Source: Promethearchaeota archaeon
Lineage (GTDB): Archaea; Asgardarchaeota; Lokiarchaeia; Sigyniarchaeales; SOKP01
Direction of reading: 5' to 3'
Length of the DNA: 64,000 bases
NCBI GenBank assembly: GCA_048939995.1
Contig: JBHLOY010000002.1
Location: 416,001-480,000, forward strand
The translations under genes were made by a program, and so were the position numbers. This document shows positions 58,340 through 64,000 of this stretch, piece after piece. Within the stretch, counting starts at the first letter, position 1; every line of letters starts with the position of its first letter. Under the pieces are notes generated by a model. That model was not told the origin of the DNA, made no database searches, and worked only from the letters and a program-made list of their open reading frames with translations.

Positions 58340-59641
58340 TTATACTTTCTTTTTTTTTCTTTTATACCTTATAAGAAATACAGATACGACTATTAACACG
58401 TTTAAAGCTAAAAGAACAGTAATTAGAATGATTAAATTATAGTAAATCGGAATACATAAGCCTTCAAATGTTTTAGGGTTTTTCATTAAAATAGCATCAG
58501 ACAGGGGCTTCATGCTACCAAGCTCAAAAAGCACATATCCTGAAAGATATATGTTTCCTACAGAATCTATTGCTATGTCAGAACAAGAGGCAAAAACACA
58601 TCCGGTACACCGTTTTTCCCACATAAAATCTCCAGATGAATTTACTTTCTCTAAATAAATTGCACTAGCCCAACCACAACCACCAAACAAAGTATTATCA
58701 TAACACGGAATTTCTCTATTTTCAGCTATATATATATTGTTTAGAGAATCTATACTAAGTCCAGGTGTATTTACTGAATTTGAAGGTAATGTAAAATTCC
58801 ATAAAGAAAAACCATTAGGATTCAATTTTAATAACTTATTTCCACTCGCAACAAGAATATTTCCATTAAAATCTAATGTTAAATCATGCTTATAATAGGC
58901 TTTCCAGGTATAATTCCATTCACAATATCCAGTAGAGTTAAATTTAATCAATATAGAATTATAATTATTAAACCCTGTGACATATATATAATCGTTAGAG
59001 TCAATAGTAATAGCGGTATATTCATATGACTTATTCTCTCCCCATGTATGGTTCCATAATATTGATCCAGAATTATTAAGTTTTACAAGGCGAGAATTCT
59101 CTTTGAAACCTACTAGGTAAAGGTTACCTAATGAATCACTATCCATATCATAACTTTTTTGCCCTTCAGAGTCTTTTAAAGTTTTATTCCAAATTTGATT
59201 TCCAATAGGATCGTACTTTAAAAGAGTAATATTTAAATATGGAATTCCCAGAATAGTAAAGGTTCCTAATAGATAGATATCATTATAAGCATCAATTTTT
59301 ATTTTCTGATAACCATCCCAAGCTATACCATTATAATTCAAAGGGACTTCCCATTCTAGGCTTCCTGAGTTATTAAGTTTCGTAAGAAAATAATCATAGC
59401 TAAGATTTTTTGAATCAAATATATCTCTTAATATGTAAATTTTATTGAATTGGTCAGTAGCAATACTATTAACTGATGCCATATTATTAACTGAACCTAT
59501 GTTTCCTTCCCAGAATTTTGTCCATGGAGGTTCTTCACTAATATAATCATCAGAAGAGAAAACTGGGTTAAATAATGATATAAAATTAGTTAGAAACAAT
59601 TGGAGGATTATTATTGAAGATGCAGTTTTCCGAAATTTCAT
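58340..59641 (-). CDS. Secreted beta-propeller (SBBP-like repeats) with a C-terminal TM anchor
   Basis: Repeated ID..(G/N)NIY..G and L.K.N.SG...W motifs; TM with basic tail. Confidence 0.75.
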   Translation of the reverse strand: MKFRKTASSIIILQLFLTNFISLFNPVFSSDDYISEEPPWTKFWEGNIGSVNNMASVNSIATDQFNKIYILRDIFDSKNLSYDYFLTKLNNSGSLEWEVPLNYNGIAWDGYQKIKIDAYNDIYLLGTFTILGIPYLNITLLKYDPIGNQIWNKTLKDSEGQKSYDMDSDSLGNLYLVGFKENSRLVKLNNSGSILWNHTWGENKSYEYTAITIDSNDYIYVTGFNNYNSILIKFNSTGYCEWNYTWKAYYKHDLTLDFNGNILVASGNKLLKLNPNGFSLWNFTLPSNSVNTPGLSIDSLNNIYIAENREIPCYDNTLFGGCGWASAIYLEKVNSSGDFMWEKRCTGCVFASCSDIAIDSVGNIYLSGYVLFELGSMKPLSDAILMKNPKTFEGLCIPIYYNLIILITVLLALNVLIVVSVFLIRYKRKKKKV

Positions 59642-59765
59642 ATTTTTATCTTTTATGACTATTTATCTAAAGATCAACTATTATTATGAAATTTATATAT
59701 CTTTGGAGAGAATTATTTGTAAATAGTGAAATTATTTAAAATATACAATTGCTTATATTAATAAG

Positions 59766-60335
59766 ATGGAAATTGAAAAAGCGATATATTCAAGACGAAC
59801 TATCCGTCGATTTAAACAAGATCCAATTCCAATAGAACTTTTAAAGAAATTAATTGATTATGCGAGACTAGCTCCAGCAGGTATGAATATTCAAGGTTTG
59901 GAATACATAATTATATCTGACACAGAGATGAGAAATAAGTTATTTCCTTTATTAAGATGGGCAGCTTTATTACCTGAAGATGATCGAACCCCAGAAGTTG
60001 GAAGACGACCCACTGCTTATATTATAGTTCTTGGAAATACTAAAATTAAAAGAAATGTAGATATCGATGTTGGTGCTGCTATTGAGAACATTTTATTGGG
60101 AGCCCTAAATTATGGTATAGGAAGCTGCTGGATGGGTTCAATAGACAGGGATAAAATTCGTGAACTATTTAATGTTCCGGATCAATATCTAATCAAATAT
60201 GTAATTAGCCTAGGATTTTCCGATGAAGAATCTGTTACTGAACCTTTTACTGGTAGCTTTAAATATTGGAAAGAACAGAATACAATGCATATCCCTAAAA
60301 GGGATTTAGACAAAATAATATTCAAAATTTTTTGA
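59766..60335 (+). CDS. Nitroreductase-family protein
   Basis: RRTIRRF, AP.G.N.Q, GIGSCW. Confidence 0.9.
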   Translation: MEIEKAIYSRRTIRRFKQDPIPIELLKKLIDYARLAPAGMNIQGLEYIIISDTEMRNKLFPLLRWAALLPEDDRTPEVGRRPTAYIIVLGNTKIKRNVDIDVGAAIENILLGALNYGIGSCWMGSIDRDKIRELFNVPDQYLIKYVISLGFSDEESVTEPFTGSFKYWKEQNTMHIPKRDLDKIIFKIF

Positions 60336-60363
60336 GAGAAAGATCTTGGCTCTTATTTCTCTC
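60334..60363 (+). terminator. Hairpin at the nitroreductase stop
   Basis: GAGAGAAA...TTTCTCTC 8-bp stem. Confidence 0.3.
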
Positions 60364-60433
60364 TAAACCTTTATAAGTAAATAAATCGATATTTTTACTA
60401 TTAGTTATAAACGAATTCCATAGGTGATATTAT

Positions 60434-61660
60434 ATGGTTGAATTTTCTTTCGATGATTGGCTAATAGGTATTTCTACGTTTGGTATTCTCTTATTTGGAT
60501 ATACTATTGGCTCTTTTTTTTTTTACAAGTCTAGGAAATTAAAAGTAAATCTTCTAACGTTTTATAGTTTAGCTACTATATTTGTTACATTTGGATGGTT
60601 GCCAATTATCATAGATTTCTTGATTGTACTCATATCAGAAAGTCATATAAACCTCCTATTATATATTTCAATAATGTGGATTCAACTACCTTTAACCGTT
60701 ATTCTCCAGCAATATATTACAGCAGAGCTTTTAATTCCCAAAAAGAAATGGTATATAATTATCGGATTAGTATTATTAGGTTTTTGTTTTTATATGGTGC
60801 TCTTTCTTGATCCTTTTGGATCTGTAATCATTATCGGTCCACCTATTAAAGCATTTTACCATAAAGCGGGATTGAATCCTTCTACCTTAACAGGTTTAAT
60901 TGGAACAATCTTTATCTTTTTCGGTTTAATCTTTGCAGGATTAGGCTTTTTAATTAAATCAATCAAATCTAAAGGTGATATAAGAAGAAAATTCTTGTAT
61001 TTAGCGATAGCAATGATTTTAGGCTACACATTTGGTCTTTTAGATAGTTTCACTGAAAGTTTTACTCTCGTTCTAGTAAGAATCGGATTTATTAGCAGCA
61101 ATTGGTTTGCTTATTTTGGATTAAAAACGAGAAAACCAAAAGAAATAAAGAAAAAAATGCCTACTGAAAAAGAAATCGAATTAGTTTCATATATGCTAGG
61201 AAAATCAGAAGATATAGACTTATCCAAAGAAATTACCTCAATTTGCAAAAATTTTACGGATGAAGTGTTAGTGTTTGTTAGTTATGCAACTAAGGATGCC
61301 AAGACCTTTAAAATTAAGCAAATTGCAGAAAAATTAACTACATACCAAGAAATAAAAGATGTGTTGTACTGGCAAGAAGATCTAGACGACAATATTTTCG
61401 AGTATATGAATGATAATCTGGGTAAATGCAATATTATGGTTTTATTTTGTTCTAAAGCTGCATTAAGTTCAGTACCAGTTAAAAAAGAATGGACTGCTGC
61501 GGATGCTTTGGGAATACCGATTATACCTGTATTTATTAATCCAGATCATATCCCACCCCTTTTAAAATCTAGATTAGGATTTGAATATGATTTTTATGAT
61601 TTTCAAAAAAATGTTGATATGCTACGCTATTTAATATTAAAAAAGTGTAGCAATAAATGA
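60434..61660 (+). CDS. 7-TM membrane protein with a C-terminal TIR domain
   Basis: Seven hydrophobic helices; VFVSYATKD, VLFCS...L.S..VKKEW..A, IIPV, IPPLL. Confidence 0.82.
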   Translation: MVEFSFDDWLIGISTFGILLFGYTIGSFFFYKSRKLKVNLLTFYSLATIFVTFGWLPIIIDFLIVLISESHINLLLYISIMWIQLPLTVILQQYITAELLIPKKKWYIIIGLVLLGFCFYMVLFLDPFGSVIIIGPPIKAFYHKAGLNPSTLTGLIGTIFIFFGLIFAGLGFLIKSIKSKGDIRRKFLYLAIAMILGYTFGLLDSFTESFTLVLVRIGFISSNWFAYFGLKTRKPKEIKKKMPTEKEIELVSYMLGKSEDIDLSKEITSICKNFTDEVLVFVSYATKDAKTFKIKQIAEKLTTYQEIKDVLYWQEDLDDNIFEYMNDNLGKCNIMVLFCSKAALSSVPVKKEWTAADALGIPIIPVFINPDHIPPLLKSRLGFEYDFYDFQKNVDMLRYLILKKCSNK

Positions 61661-61684
61661 AAATAAGTTAAAAATTAAAAAAAA

Positions 61685-62257
61685 TTATTTTACTTCAATC
61701 TTTTTCTTTTCTTTCTTTTCCTCTTCAATTTTAGGTAGATTCAGTTTCAAAATGCCTTTTTCTAATTTAGCTTCGATCTTATCTTCATCGATATTTTCTG
61801 GCAATTTAAAGGTTCTATAATAACTGGAACTGCTGTATTCCTTTCGTACATAGCCTTCTTTCTTTTCCTCAAGTTCATTCTTTTGTTCTCCTTTAATTTC
61901 TAAGTTTCCATTCCGAACTGTAATTTCAATATCCCCTTTCTCTAATCCGGGTAATTCAGCAGTAATCGCAAAATGGTCTTTCTCATCAACTATGTTAGTT
62001 AGTGGACTTCTAAAGAACTTCTCATCATCAATGTTCCATTTAAAGGGTTCAAAATCCCAGAAACGAGAGGGTCTCCAAAAATCTAAGAAAAATCTGTCAA
62101 TATCGTCAAAAAAGCGATCAATATTCCCAAATAAGGATAATGGCCTATAATTTCGTCTCAGTTGAATTTCGTTCTTCTCTTCTTTCTTGGCAGTAGAATC
62201 TTCTTTTTCTTCAGTTGTTTTGACATCTACCTTTTTTTCTTCTTCTATATCGGACAT
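61685..62257 (-). CDS. Small heat-shock protein Hsp20
   Basis: AELPG..K.DI.I, Y.R.F.LP, A....GIL.L.LPK; GGAGGT SD upstream. Confidence 0.93.
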   Translation of the reverse strand: MSDIEEEKKVDVKTTEEKEDSTAKKEEKNEIQLRRNYRPLSLFGNIDRFFDDIDRFFLDFWRPSRFWDFEPFKWNIDDEKFFRSPLTNIVDEKDHFAITAELPGLEKGDIEITVRNGNLEIKGEQKNELEEKKEGYVRKEYSSSSYYRTFKLPENIDEDKIEAKLEKGILKLNLPKIEEEKKEKKKIEVK

Positions 62258-62477
62258 ACTTTTAACCTCCTTTAATTAATTTTTGTTTTAAATTGGTCTT
62301 TGTCAACCATTAATTGTCAATATATATATGTTCAAAAAATTATTTAAATGTTTCGATTGTATAAAATAAGAATTCCAAGGGTATACAATGTGTTTATAAT
62401 GCTTTTAAGAATTTAAAATAAATTTTAAAAAGTTTTCTAATTTCCTAAAAGAATTTAGTTATTGGAAGAGATTTTAC

Positions 62478-63749
62478 TTAAATATATGACTCAAAAAAAC
62501 TCGTTTTCTTTGGAAACATGGTCTCAATCAGAGATCTTGATGAAGTGTTAACTAAAGCATCTTTAATAATATAATTTATTTCACTAATAGTTCTATCACC
62601 CAGTAATAATTTAAATAATAGAGCTCCTGGTATTCTGAGGTCCGTTGTTTGAGGTTTAGGATAGCTTTTTTCAACTTCGATAGTCTCAATTTTTCCATTA
62701 TTGAAGTTTAATTTAACCGTTTCTTGATAATTACTTATAACCACAGGTTTAGTTAATTTTCTAAATTTAGATCTTTCTAATCTTTCTTCTAATATCTTCT
62801 TGATTAATTGAAAAAATCGAGTTAGATTTGGTATTTTTACTTGCCACCCATAAGAATAGAACGGAATACCACCTAAAGATTTAATGTGGTTAAAAAGCAA
62901 GGAACTTTCACTTATACTGAGAATCAATGTATCATCTTTCGAAAAGTTTCCAAGATTAATAACAAATTGAAGTAGAGCATTCATATATTTTTCATTTAAA
63001 TCTGGACAGATTATTTCATAATTCTCATTGTCATAACTCATTCCAAGTGAAAAATAATTTTTTGTTTCACCATCTTCTTCAATTATATAGGTTAATCTGA
63101 TTTCAGTGTTAAATTCCTCATTAAGATACTTAAACTTAAAACATTCTGGGTCAAATTTATTAAAAATATAGAAATTCTGATGAAATTTATTATATTTAGG
63201 TTCAATGAAATGTAAATCATTTGAATCCGCTTTTCTAATTTTAATTTTTTTATTGGAAATATGAGGAATATTAGATACTGGAATCTTTATTCTTTCATCA
63301 AGGGAAGAAATATATTCATACCCAAGATTACGATAAAAGTATGGTATGCCTCTAATCACGGAAATAATATAGCTATTTTGTTCCATTATGTTTTCATACA
63401 AGTCATTTAAGATTTTTATAAAGTTATTGCCTCGATATTCCTCAAGAGTGCCTACAAATTCCATTTCACATACTGGAAGCGTAATGTCCTGAATTTGCCA
63501 TTCTGAGGGAAATAAACAAATAGTGGAAACCAATTTATCATTTTTGTAATCTTTGATATATAGCCATAGAATATCATTTTTACGGGGATGTTTTAAAAAG
63601 ATACGATGGATAAAAGTTTCTAATAGCTCATCTTTATGGATAGATATATTCAAATCGACTAAGGTTTTTAGCTCTTCTTCTGTATCTCCAGCAATATGGA
63701 TACTAAATTGATCATCAATTATAGAGCTATAACCTTTTTCAAATCTCAT
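62478..63749 (-). CDS. Eis-like GNAT acetyltransferase
   Basis: VGTLEEYRG, GIPYFYRNLGYEY, SCP2-like C-terminal domain. Confidence 0.8.
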   Translation of the reverse strand: MRFEKGYSSIIDDQFSIHIAGDTEEELKTLVDLNISIHKDELLETFIHRIFLKHPRKNDILWLYIKDYKNDKLVSTICLFPSEWQIQDITLPVCEMEFVGTLEEYRGNNFIKILNDLYENIMEQNSYIISVIRGIPYFYRNLGYEYISSLDERIKIPVSNIPHISNKKIKIRKADSNDLHFIEPKYNKFHQNFYIFNKFDPECFKFKYLNEEFNTEIRLTYIIEEDGETKNYFSLGMSYDNENYEIICPDLNEKYMNALLQFVINLGNFSKDDTLILSISESSLLFNHIKSLGGIPFYSYGWQVKIPNLTRFFQLIKKILEERLERSKFRKLTKPVVISNYQETVKLNFNNGKIETIEVEKSYPKPQTTDLRIPGALLFKLLLGDRTISEINYIIKDALVNTSSRSLIETMFPKKTSFFESYI

Positions 63750-64000
63750 AAGGTTAAAAATTTTCAGCTTTATTTCAATCTTGCTTTAATCATAAATTAT
63801 TCTTGTTCAACCTTAGTTTCCTGTATAAAAAACTTATAAGTTTTCTTGAAATAATTTCTAACCATCTAAAAAAATTTTTTATCAAATTATAGATCATGAG
63901 ATTAATAAATACATTTTGTATTAAAAGGAAGAAAATCATAACATTTTTGCTCACCCTTTTATTTATTGTTTCTGTTTTAAATTATTCTTATTCAGCATCA

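Noticed and set aside
3044-60810. Short ORFs nested in or antisense to long genes (e.g. 3044, 4848, 9103, 9460, 16085, 17045, 27244, 31763, 39108, 51146, 53906, 60595)
   Set aside because: They overlap well-supported genes and have no motifs; treated as shadow ORFs
1-64000. rRNA, tRNA, transposase, integrase or provirus
   Set aside because: No GC-rich structured-RNA island or mobile-element protein motif seen by eye; tRNAscan/Infernal were not run

Overview
Very AT-rich, gene-dense archaeal DNA, almost certainly from an Asgard archaeon (Lokiarchaeia/Promethearchaeota-like). This call rests on L13e, a UPF0147 protein, an archaeosortase with an IPGF sorting tail, a single-domain gelsolin, and many longin/roadblock/small-GTPase proteins. 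The first ~10 kb is an energy locus: cytochrome c maturation genes (ccmC, an unannotated ccmD-like ORF and a partial third gene), a surface protein with a one-cysteine HxxCH motif, a Cys-tailed Lrp regulator, a vhuG-vhuA-vhuU-hdrC-hdrB cluster, hypC and cooC. vhuU (5630..5782) is missing from the ORF track because it has an in-frame TGA at the Ni-ligand position (selenocysteine). A non-canonical structured RNA overlaps its stop codon. From ~24 to 62 kb, housekeeping genes are interspersed with eukaryote-like signalling modules. These include three Rag-like GTPases, two Rab-like GTPases, a roadblock protein, a CUB/Ig-TM-longin receptor and a 7TM-TIR protein. Four of the GTPases have an N-terminal uDENN/longin domain, and three of those carry a D/N-x-x-(A/R)-R-G loop matching the folliculin/SMCR8 GAP arginine finger. 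I regard this as the best candidate for an undescribed system: GTPases fused to their own FLCN-type GAP. There is also a class III ribonucleotide reductase paralogue that lacks its glycyl-radical domain. No rRNA, tRNA, CRISPR array or mobile element was recognised. All calls come from motif recognition by eye; no searches were run.
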